Below are positions 1 to 11,500 of a stretch of DNA of 64,000 nt, piece by piece. The notes under the pieces are model-generated. The model made no database searches and was not told the DNA's origin. It worked only from the letters and a program-made list of their open reading frames with translations. The DNA comes from Botryllus schlosseri. Its lineage: Eukaryota. The stretch spans positions 14,880,001 to 14,944,000 of the forward strand of contig CM119374.1 of NCBI GenBank assembly GCA_051294905.1, written 5' to 3'. Within the stretch, counting starts at the first letter, position 1, and each line of letters opens with the position of its first letter. The position numbers were made by a program, and so were the translations under genes.

Positions 1-1304
1 TTTTTATTCGAAACGGGGTAATGGTTGTAACGTAAGTGATTAGGTATCTGTTTGGAATCGGTGTCCTGTGCTCACACTATATTATATTTTTTAATTATTT
101 TTTATTAAATTCCTTTAAATTGGAAAATCATCGCTGCTCACCTGATATATCAGGCAAAAAGGCCAGCGATCCATGAATAAATCATTATTATTATCATTAT
201 TAGTAACATGCATTTTGCATATCATGACTAAGATGTGATAATGATAATGTTTTCAACCTCAAATGCATAAGCGGGGCTCATCATGTCCAACAACTTCTGA
301 AAGTGTTTCAACGTCAATGAATCATGAATGTTTTTAACGGTCTGCTAGTCGGAGCAAATCATGTTGAAATTAGTTACCAAGCAGCTATCTATTTCCAATC
401 GCAGGTATAATTTGCGTATCAAATTGCCTTCATCCTTTTACTTTTAATTAAAAAATCATCGCAAGTCCAATTATGAGGATCAATGTTATGATTGTTATCG
501 CACAATAAAACGTTAATACTTGTGTATGACAACACACCATTTTATATATGCTGCATTGTGATTCCAGATGCATCAGGTCTAGATAGTTTGACTTCGAGAT
601 GGCGTGGTATAATGTCAATAAACAGTTCCCTATGATAGTATGAGATATTGTACTTCCGGATAGATTTTAGAACCAGAGGCTGAATTGAATGCAGAGCACT
701 TGGATCTGATATTATTTAACATCTACTCAGAGCTTTCTGGATGAAATTTGACCGAGATATGGAGAAGTCGGCATGATCTTTACATTATAGTCACCTACTT
801 GAGGAAGAGTATAGATGTCAGTACATTGCAGGGATTTGTGCTGAAAGAGGGTGCTAGGAAGGGCATTAAATAACTCATAAGATACGGTATCCTACATATA
901 TAAATTAGACTCAAAAGATCATCAAAATATGTATATTAGTTTCTGGTGTGTTATGTCTTCATATAGTAGTCTATTCAGCTTTTACAAAGAAGTATGAGCT
1001 TCTGATTTATTGTACCTAATCGCCGATTGAGCTTGATACATGGCTGCCCGGTGCTTCTGATTTTTTGCCTACTTGTTGCACTTACTCATGGGGATATCCT
1101 GTCAGACTACTTCCCCGTCTAGACCTACCCAAGGGTTTGTGAAGTAAAACTATTTACATTTTCACACTTTGTATTTTTAAAGTAATTTCGGGATAGATCT
1201 GTATCCCTTTACGAGTGCAACCGTCATGATAACGAGCTAAATAGCCCATTTACCATGCCAAATAATATTGTGAGGAAATGTCCACCTATTTCCATTGTCA
1301 ATTT

Positions 1305-2137
1305 CATGGCTGTAACCAAGTCACAAGGTTCCAAGTCACAAGTCAATTTGACTCTTATAGTTTTGACTCGAGTCCAGTCGAGTCATTTTGAATTCACAAC
1401 CAAGTCAAGTCCAAGTCAGCGAGTAATGGGTCGAGTCCGAGTCATAGTGTTAAGACTCTGGTCCGCCTCCAAGTCATCGTGTTTACTGTTCAGTATTGAG
1501 TTCTAGTTAGGTTCAACTCAATTCTATGAAACGATCAGGTAATACTGAAGACCTCGGATTCATAATATACTCTTTTTTTCTTCACCTCAACATGTTTATT
1601 CAAACAGATAAAAGACAGTTTTTGGGGCTATTTTTCAATTATATGAGACTTCAATAAGTGATATAGAATGTTTCAAATAGGATTTCCACTCTTGAAACCC
1701 CCAGCACCCATGATTGGCCGTATCGCAGCATACATAACATGGTAAATAACTAAGAACGTTACTAAAAATAACACATTTCCGAAGTCATGATCATCCCACA
1801 ACATTGTCAAAAAGTGCAATCCAACCGGTATGGTCGATAAAATACCGAAGTATCTTGAATGTGATGGATAGCAAGCAATATATTCTTTGTGGTGGCATAA
1901 AAGATACATATTTGAACTTTGTCATATTACATTCTGTTATGCCGTCTTAATGAGCGATACTTGAATACTCGACTTGGCCCAGCCCTAGTGTCAAGTAATA
2001 TGACTTGGTTCGAGTCATGCGCAATGACGTGACTACAAGTCGAGAGTGAATACATAAATTACCTCGAGTCGAGTCATTTAACAAAATAATTCAAGTCAAG
2101 TCATCGAAAAAGTGCGACTCGAGTCATTACAACCCTG
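1305..2137. mobile_element. Non-autonomous hAT-type element (CAGGGTTGTAA-TIR family, GACTCGAGTC-rich ends)
   Basis: Left end CATGGCTGTAA and right end TTACAACCCTG (9/11). Flanks GTCAATTT/CTCAATTT are a 7/8 TSD. First ~170 bp and last ~150 bp are homologous to the copy at 30461-31025. Confidence 0.8.
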
Positions 2138-2440
2138 CTCAATTTTGTGCTAGCCACCGCAATGCATCTTTCAATTTCAAAGATATCCACTCCCTCTTGG
2201 CTACTAAAAGTATGCGTTGGCTCGACCACATCTACTTTCCGTACCTACTTGGGCTACTTGATTATTTTTGAGACCTCTCAATTTTTAAGCAACTGGCCGA
2301 GTAGTTTTGGCATATTTAATTGAGAAATGCAAGTTACTACTAAGTAGTTCTATTTCAAACTCAGTAGTAATGCTGGCTAGTTTGATTCCCTCTAGAGAGT
2401 TGAACAAGTTGGGAAATATTACAATTGTGGTAATCTATGT

Positions 2441-2468
2441 ATGACTCAGCCCAGTGAGTCAGTGACGT
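2441..2468 (+). promoter_or_regulatory. Candidate ARE/AP-1 cluster upstream of paralog A
   Basis: ATGACTCAGC (ARE core RTGAYNNNGC) at 2441-2450, TGAGTCA (AP-1) at 2455-2461 and a GTGACGT half-CRE at 2462-2468, about 110-130 bp before the ATG. Motif match only. Confidence 0.4.
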
Positions 2469-2572
2469 TATTACAAAATTGTGTCAGATGTGCGAATGTA
2501 TCTCAAAATATCTAATATCGTATGCACTTTTTTGTAGTTTCTCTTTGCTAACAACTACCGGTACCGACCGTT

Positions 2573-5500
2573 ATGAGTCTATCAGGAAGCATTCAATTTC
2601 ATGTCAACGGAAAGGAATATGTCGGTAAGTAGGTTTTTTAAAGTTTGGTTTGGGCGACCGCTAAGAGACCTCAAGTGGTTCATTTAAATACCAAAAAATA
2701 GCCTAGGCAAACCTAGGCATTTAAACAACATACAATCAACGTAACATAAAATGAATTAATCGACAAGGCACAGCTTAAATGATTGTGACAACGACCAAAC
2801 AGCCTGCCCAACACGGCCGCCTAACAAGCTGCACAATCAAACAAACTGTGCTTGTTGGCTTCTGCTTGTTATGTTTCCACATATAAAGTCTGATCATGAT
2901 GCGCCATAAATCAGAAATAAACAGTATTGAAGGTGCACTTCTTTTGTGAATAACTCTTTGACTCAGCAGTTAGCTCTACCTCCACTTGTTCTTCCGGACT
3001 TGTACTATTGATCGTATGCTATATTCTTATTATCGACAAGATATAGCGAGAAACAACAATTACTTTGCTACTGTAGTTGCAAGTCCAAATTGTAGGAAAC
3101 CTCTGGAGAAATTCGGGGAACTGTTTCTATCCCCCCCCCCTGAAAATCATTAAAAAAACACTGGTTGGTAAGTACCACATGTTCTGTGTGTAAGAAGGAG
3201 AGAGCTATATATCTATTTCATGTTCTATTTTCTTTGTTTTGCAGTTTGGTGCAATCCTAAATAATATGTGATTCTTAAACTGGTCAATCACTGGCGGTTT
3301 CAGCAATTGACTCTATTTAATTTTTCTCCAATTCTTACCGTCGTGTCACTGGCGTCAATTGTATGTGTCAAATTCCACCACATATATGACGTTAATAGGG
3401 TGGGGTGAGGGAATTTGAGCATATTTTCATGTTGGAGCTGCTGTCATTTTCAAAAACTGTCAAATAAAAAGGTTGTTGGTTGATATTGGTTACACTGTAT
3501 GGTTGAATTTGGATTGCAAATCGTTTGAGGATTCAATCGCCTTTAAGTAGAAAAATATCGCATTTATTTTAACAAATTAGGACACACAATTCACCTCAAT
3601 TTTGTGGTAAAATTACGTATACTGTTCAAATAGCACTTGAATTAAGCCTTATCCCCATGTAGAGATAGCATAGTGGTAACGATAAGTGCCCAGCAATCCG
3701 ATGGGACCGGTTCGATTCCAGTCGGAGGTGTATCTGGGTTCCTCTTCCCCCGCCATTGCCGTTCTTACGGCGACAAAAAAGCCCCGGAAAAGACCCGACG
3801 GAAGAAAGCACTCACAAGCAATGGAAAGAACTAGTAGAAAGGGCCGTGGCTTCAGAAAGATCAACATCGAAAATAACTGTGACATCGGGCACTCTAGGCC
3901 GAGGTGGATGTTAGCGTAAAGGATCGCCACTGATGCGAGTTGTTCGACATCCTCCTATCTTTTCATGACATCGCATTGTGTCTTATCGCATTGTACATTG
4001 TGTGTGACTTGTCCAGATGAAAAATATAACCTTACGATATTAATTAAAAATGAGTCATTGTATGGGAAAATTGAGTATATTAACAGGCTTTAAAATAGAA
4101 ACTAGTACGAAATCTGTTAGAGTTGGTTAAAGAAAAACGTTCATAAGTTTGTGCGGCTGCCAATATTGCTCTATGATTTGTGATTAAGCACTGATTTTCA
4201 ATAGAAGGCGGTTTCGACTAAAACTATAACAAGTGTCCGTTTTTCAGATCAATGCTTAATCAACTATTAGGCTATGTTTTCCAATGATGTAATCATGAAA
4301 GGTTGTTGAAATTTGTGAAGATTTAAATCCTGGACATATTTTTCATGATTTCCGATCTCTTTGTTATGTAGGCTTGAAATGCAGTAGACATAACAATTAT
4401 GAACTATATTGAGTCATTAATTTACGATGGGTTTGAATATTTGAACAAGGAAACTCTTCGAATACGCTTTATTCATTATAAAAATACGCTAATTAGGACC
4501 ATGAAAATCAATAACCACTGCCGCCATGGCAAAAAATGTACTAAAACTAGTAAAATGTTTTTTCATTGCAGAGTCATATTATTTATATTGTGTTTTATAA
4601 ATGTAGGCATACCAAATAATAATATGAATGTATTGTTGGCAGCAGCATTCAAATTAGTCACTACAAAGATACGTATTGTGCATTGCTAATGTAAGAGTTA
4701 TTCATCATTTTTAGATTAGGATATGGTCTCTTGACACCTTATGCCAATGCAATAAAAGCAAACACGGAATAGCCTTGAGTGTTATTAATGTCACTATTGC
4801 GGCCTCAGGGGTTGAGGATAGTTTAAGATATCGAGTTTGTAAATGAATCATGTTTATGTGCGGATTTCGATTCCCTTGTAACATTTTGACATAAGAACTG
4901 TTGAGATGAACCAGGCTAACCTCCTACTTCATCAATTTCATTTTCCTAGCTGCAATTATTCGACTATGCCCTTACCTCAACTGTAGCCAGAACGTGGATA
5001 CCAGTATAACTTACTGTACTCATTTGTCAGTGAATATTTTTCGACAATGGTGTTTTAGTGTGGTTTCGATAACAGCCATGACAGTCAAAAAACATGAAAA
5101 CCACAAACTGGTAACTTTCTGTGAGTCACCAGAGATAGAACTTTGTTAATTGGGGGGTGATTAAATTTCACGATAATATTATCTGATGTCAAAATTTTGC
5201 AGAGCACTAATCTGACAAATGTTGAGTCTTCTCTAAACTTTTGCTGGATTATCAAGGTATTTCTAACATGGTTTATGACAAATTTTCACGGTCTTTGACA
5301 CAATGGAAACCAGGCCATTATATCAGATCCAGTTGGACTTTGGTAATTTTTATATTGATTACATTATGCATACAACAGTCAAGCATACCTAAAACTCCAG
5401 AGATATCTAGAACTCCTAGTTCTAGATATCCCTGACAACAGCTTATCCACTTTGTGTAGTACCGTGCAATACACTTCTGTACTTGAATTTTTTTCGTTCA

Positions 5501-8500
5501 GTATTATAAGTGGTCTAAACAGAGTTGGGCTGACCAGTGAGCACTTTCGCTCAAATAGGAAGATTATCATTTATCATCAGAAAAATTGGGCCGTACGTTC
5601 TTGTAAAACTCATTCGCGCTCCATACCCCTCTCAGGAGTATTTAGCTTTTACGGATTTAATACATATGCAAGCGTATGGCGCTATTGCTTTCATGAAAGC
5701 AAAGTGGCGTAATATCATATTTTGATGTCACTCTGATTGATTCATTATTTTTCCAGTGAACAATGCGCAGTTGGGAGTCAGTTTGAATTCCTGGCTGCGT
5801 ACCAGTGGAAGGCTAACAGGAACAAAAGTTTTGTGCAGGGAAGGAGGATGCGGCGCCTGTGTTGTGATGGTAACAAAGAATCACCCCGGTACATCACTCA
5901 CGAAAACATTTTCCGCAAACTCAGTGAGTTGAATTATGTGGTCTAAAATGAATACCCCGTCCTGTTTCTCATATTTTTGAAATGGTTTTTATCATATTCG
6001 AAGGTGATAAAATGCCATCCTCTTTTTTCGATCATCCACCTGTGAGCAATGGGGAGGGGTGACCCGCAGCCTGCTTGTGTTCTTACCGTTGCCTGAATCG
6101 CTACTTTGATAAAGTAGGGGAAGGTGGGGTGGTATTATAAGGAGAGGTCAAATGAGTACGTTCCAGTAGAACTTTGAGTGACTCTTGGAGGGGTTGCCAG
6201 TGAACCCGTCCCTCGGTGAACCCGTCCCGTGAACCCGTCCCTCGGTGAACCCGTCCCTCGGTGAACCCGTCCCTCGATGAACTCGGCCCTCGGTGAATTC
6301 CGCCCTCGGGAAATTTTGAAATTAAGTGTATTAACAAGTATTTATATGAATTATTAGACTAATAATGTTATTATCAACTGATTTTTCGATCTTGTAAGGA
6401 GGTCAGGGCATGCGTAGATCACGCAGTCACGGAGTGATCAGATCACGTGATCACGATTGCGTGGTCGGCTCATTGTTGAATTGACTTGGTGAGGGGCGAA
6501 CGTGCGACGTTCGACATCCTCGTATCTGTTCATGACAACGCATTGGGTCTTATCGCATTGTATATTGTGTGTGACTTGTTCAGATGAAAAATATATCCCA
6601 ACGATTGTTATTGCTCACATATCAACCACGCGTGGTCTGCTCGTTATTGCAACTGTAGGTTGAGGTGGGGTGTTGGGGTTGGGTAGGGTAGGGGGGGGGG
6701 GAGACATTAGGGTTCGGGGAGTGGGACATTGGGTTCGGGTAGGATACTAGGGTTGGGGAGGGGGGATATTAGGGTTGGTGGAGGTGGGATATTAGGGTTA
6801 GGGTTAGGATATTAGGGTTGCCGGAGGTGAGATATTAGGGTTGCCGGAGGTGGGATATTAGGGTTAGGGTTAGGATATTAGGGTTGCCGGAGGTGGGATA
6901 TTAGGGTAAGGGTTAGGATATTAGGGTTGCCGGAGGTGGGATATTAGGGTTGGGGAGGGGGGATATTAGGGTTGGGGAGGGGGGATATTAGGGTTGGGGG
7001 AGGGGGGATATTAAGGTTGGGGTAGGATATTAGTTTTAGGATATTAGGGTTGCCGGAGGTGGGATATTAGGGTTAGGGTTAGGATATTAGGGTTGCCGGA
7101 GGGGGGACATTAGGGTTGGGGTAGGATATTAGGGTTGCCGGAGGTGGGATATTAGGGTTAGGGTTAGGATATTAGGGTTGCCGGAGGTGGGATATTAGGG
7201 TTGGTGGAGGTGGGATATTAGGGTTGGGGGAGGTGGGATATTAGGGTTGGGGGAGGTGGGATATTAGGGTTGCTGGAGGTGGGATATTAGGGTTGCCGGG
7301 GGTGGGATATTAGGGTTGGGGGAGGGGGATATTAGGGTTGCCGGAGGTGCCGAGTTCATCGAGGGCCGGGTTCACCGAGGGACGGGTTCACCGAGGGACG
7401 GGTTCACCGAGGGACGGGTTCACGGGACGGGTTCACCGAGGGACGGGTTCACTGGTAATCCTTGGAGGTACAGAGCTACAATATACTATGGGATAATATA
7501 ATCATTATTCACATTACTTAAACCCGAATATTTTTGGATGACACTCGTCAGGTGTAATCTCATCAGCAATGTTCTTTTAAATTCTGTTCTAGTTGCTGAA
7601 TACGAATACATTATTCAGTTGATGTTTAATACTAGTACTCAATATCTAGGTGTTCGATTTAAGGCAGGCATTTCCTCCCTTCTTCCCCAAAAAATTCTGA
7701 TGGAATTTTTCAAGTATGTATTGCCAAATTAAGCTGCTTTTATAGCTCAAATAAATGTTGAACAGAAAGAAATTAAGATACAGTTATTTTATTTGTCCCT
7801 TCTCAGTGAGATATTGGTTGCTACCCGTAAGTTCCTCTACACGTGGAACCTTGTCTGGTCCATGTATCACCGGCCTTAACATATAGAATGCACTAAGAAA
7901 TTGGTATTATATTGATGACTTCAAACCTACCTTATTTCGGAGGGCTAGGCGGCTGGCTGGCAGGAAGTAAATACGCATTTTTATGAGACAATAAGGCTCT
8001 TTAGTAAATAGCAATTGATGATATGTATGTAATTGTTTGTTTTTTTCACAGAAAAGCTCGTAATGGCATAATATCATTTACAATTCCAAAATTTACCTGT
8101 ACTGTGAAATCTGTTTAAAAACCTGCTGTATGGCCCAAGGATCTAGAACGAGTAGGCTACCCCCGGTTGGGAACCCCTGATTTAGGGAGTGTCACGTCAG
8201 GCTTCAATAAGTATTGCAACCAATTCACACATACCTAGTGGTGACATAATGGCTGCACCATTGCCTTTCTTGGCAGTGACAAATCATTTGCCTTATGGTG
8301 TTAGCATGCAATTTATATTACTGCTCAATGCACATGTCAATAATTTAATAATTTTGAACAGGAAAGTCTTAGACTGACAGCTATCTCATCACCTCATTAA
8401 GCTTGTCAGTTCGTTTAATACAAAACCGCTATGCATTTTTGAAATTATTCAATTAACGTTCTGAGAAAGTACGCCACTTCTGCTCCAGAGACCTACTCAC

Positions 8501-11500
8501 ATCACTGATCTCACTGTGGCCATTTCTTTTCAAGTGTCTCCTGCCATTGCTGTCTGTGGATGGATGTCGAATCACCACTACTGAGGGATTGATCGAAGAT
8601 GGAGGCACTTACAACGTTATTCAAGAACGGGTGGCACATTTTAATGCGACACAGTGTGGATACTGCACTCCTGGATTTGTCATGACTATGCATAGGTGAT
8701 AATTGGTTTGACGCTATTCTTGCTTTGATACGTGTTGCTACTGACTTGTCGATGGAAAGGTCATGGAAATGCATTAGAATTTATGATGAATTTTTAATGT
8801 AGTATGCTAGCTGATAAGTCTTTATGATTTGTAGTGTGATGATGAATTCAATCACCACATGCGACATGAACTAATAATGTATGGTACATCTTGGGAGAGG
8901 GGGCAGAGATGAGAGGTGGAAGGTTTCTCCTATAAATCAAATAAATGAAAGAGAAATATCTAGTGGGTTGGGATGCTCACATTATGACTGATTACTGCTA
9001 GCTGCCTATTTGGAATCTGTCCCAATCAAAATCGCACAAGAGGACTTTCCTACAGATGACTTCAAGCTAACTTGAGGTAATAACAGGATTTGATTTATTT
9101 CTACGAGAAGATTTGAATACTCATTGGTAGACAAAAATATGTCTTGCTTGTTTATTTTGTCCGTCTGTGTTTACAAATTGTTGTTTTTTAGTAAGTTCAG
9201 GCACACTTGGTTTTTTAATACTGAAATACTGCTACCTGATGTTCACTTCAAGCACATTTATCGGTATAGGAAGCTTATTGTCACAAATTACACTATAATA
9301 GAAGAATCCGTTGAAAATACGAATAAATGGGGTATTTTTGAGTTCGATATGTGGAAAAGAACAGATTTAGGCCACACACTTTTGTTCCACCGATCTAATT
9401 GTGTTTCACCTTTCTCACATTCTCGTGGTTTCAGTACAGACGGACCTACTAAAACATTTGATATAGGCGGTTAAAATGTAACATAGTTTGAATAAAATAG
9501 AAAAATAACAATGAAAACGTTCAATTTCGGCGATATCTTGGAAAATAGAACCAATCTGCAGAAACCAATGCCATTTTCGAGCACAACGCCCCCGATTTAC
9601 CCTAAAATCGTTCTCACCTACCGTGATGAAATTTTTTTGTTGTCCATTTTAAATAGCTTCATTAATGCCACCGGTTCTTAGCAACCTCCATTTTTGTTCT
9701 CTAGTCTACTGCAGCGCAACCCGAATCCGACCCAGGCTGAAATTGAGGAAGAATTTGACGGAAACCTTTGCCGCTGTACCGGTTATCGACCTATATTTGA
9801 CGCCATGAAAAGCTTTGCGTCCGATGCAGATCCAAAGCTGAAAAAAATCTGTCAGGATATTGAGGTTTGTAGGCTATAGTTTCCAAATACAGAAATATTA
9901 CTCCGTGTGATGCACATATTTACCCAACATAGTACGATGTAGTAATAGTATTACAAGCACTTGTTGTTTCAATACCGATGACAGATGCAGAGTTGTTGTG
10001 TTTTGATCGCTTTTTCAGCCGGTGGTTTTAGATCATAAAATGAAGAATTTGTGACACTTAGGCTTAACCCTATCGCTATAAGATTTGGGTAGATTCAAGA
10101 TGATATCTTATAGAAAAAATTGCAACTACCACAAAAAATTGAAATTTTAGCAATTTCCAGGGATAGCTTAGCCCCTTAAACGGGTTGTGGAGCAAACATG
10201 CATATCTAAAATGTTCGGATATTATTTGAAGTGTAGGCCTATCTGGTGAAGTATGAAATGTAAATCCCTTTGAGTAGTAGTAGCCTAGAAGGGAGATTGT
10301 TTTAAGTGGTCGGTAAATGCGATAATAGATGGCCTGATCATCTCATATCATATACGGTACTTGTTCTTTACACTATGTCTATAGCCAGTTGATTGATCGA
10401 TACTTACGCAGAATCGCTAAGACTCACTCCTTTCTTACCATTACATCCCAATTACGGATGCACACAGACTATGGAATTGAGAAATGAATAAACAATATAA
10501 ATTATATATTCTTATAAATTATAAATTCTTATAGCATGTTGATATATTTGGTATAAGGGGTAATTTGGAGAAATGTTGGCAGAAGATTTCTGATAAACAC
10601 TGATGAAACTCATTAACAGGACCTGAAGATTTGTCGAAAGGTGTGCGAAGATAAGAATGATCATTGCTACAAGTCTTGCGGGAGGTACGAAGCAGATGGG
10701 AGTCATCCATTGGTACGCAGGCCAAAACAGGTGAATGGGCGATTTGATTTGGAATTTTACCAATGACTTTCCATAATTTGTCGCGAGCAATCCATTTATA
10801 CACGAGGTAAAATGGAGGAATTTTGATTGTGTTTAGCATTTGCCAACGTCCATCAAAACAGTGCACTGCCATCATAGCTATAGTTTATGGTACCTGCGTA
10901 TTATGATTCTCAGTTTTGCGCGACTATTTGTTACAGGATGCCCCACCCAGCCCACCAAAGCCTTTGATGTTTCGTTCTCAAATTGACGACGATGCCGTGG
11001 TGTGGATTCGACCTTTGACTCTCACAGAACTGACTCATAGAGTAAAGGCGTTTGTGATGGACGGGAAGACAAATATCAGATATGTCGTTGGTAATACCAG
11101 TACCGGTAAGTAAGTTCCGTTTGTTATAAATTTTTATCAGTTCAATACACCACAAAATGAAAAGATAGGAAGGTGTCGAAACGGCTTGGAGTTGTCTTTG
11201 GAATCAGACACCCACCTTGGACTAGACGATGTGAAGAGGAGGCATGCACACTGAATGAAAAATAAAAGAAGATCGTATAGAAAAGCAAGCGACAAAAAAA
11301 TGGGGTGGCATGTTATGGAAGGCGAGATCAATAGGTCAGGTTGTGGTCCGGTAATCTTGAGTAGTTACTGTGTAACCAAATATTAATTTTACTGGGGGTT
11401 GAAAACGGTCGTGTTATTCTTTTGAGGTAATTAAATAGAGGATATGTTGAAACTGATACTACATTATAAGTCAAAATAATATCGTGGTTTGCAGACTAAA

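Noticed and set aside
1-1300. 3' end of an upstream gene or a third AOX paralog
   Set aside because: I found no AOX-like exon and no coherent reading frame with splice sites on either strand.
3660-3730. Functional tRNA gene (likewise 18872-18945)
   Set aside because: A and B boxes are present, but I could not build acceptor and anticodon stems. The sequence continues into a repeated SINE body.
6704-7348. True telomere or chromosome-fusion scar
   Set aside because: The hexamers are interspersed with non-telomeric spacers, show one orientation only, and are enclosed by TIRs and a TSD within an intron.
6192-7460. CRISPR-like array from the 16-bp repeats
   Set aside because: The units are contiguous with no unique spacers, there are no cas genes, the context is eukaryotic, and the repeats form inverted arms.
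8160-8179. Complete hAT MITE ending in GGTTGGGAACCCCTG (similar lone ends near 34737, 44692, 45838, 55080 and 63817)
   Set aside because: Only one terminus was found in each case, so boundaries and TSDs cannot be supported.
9694-9879. Stand-alone small 2Fe-2S protein ORFs (also 53384, 54105) and similar single-exon ORFs such as 24495, 29757, 36837, 46561 and 47858
   Set aside because: They are AOX exons read through into flanking introns, and their splice sites and phases join them into the large genes.
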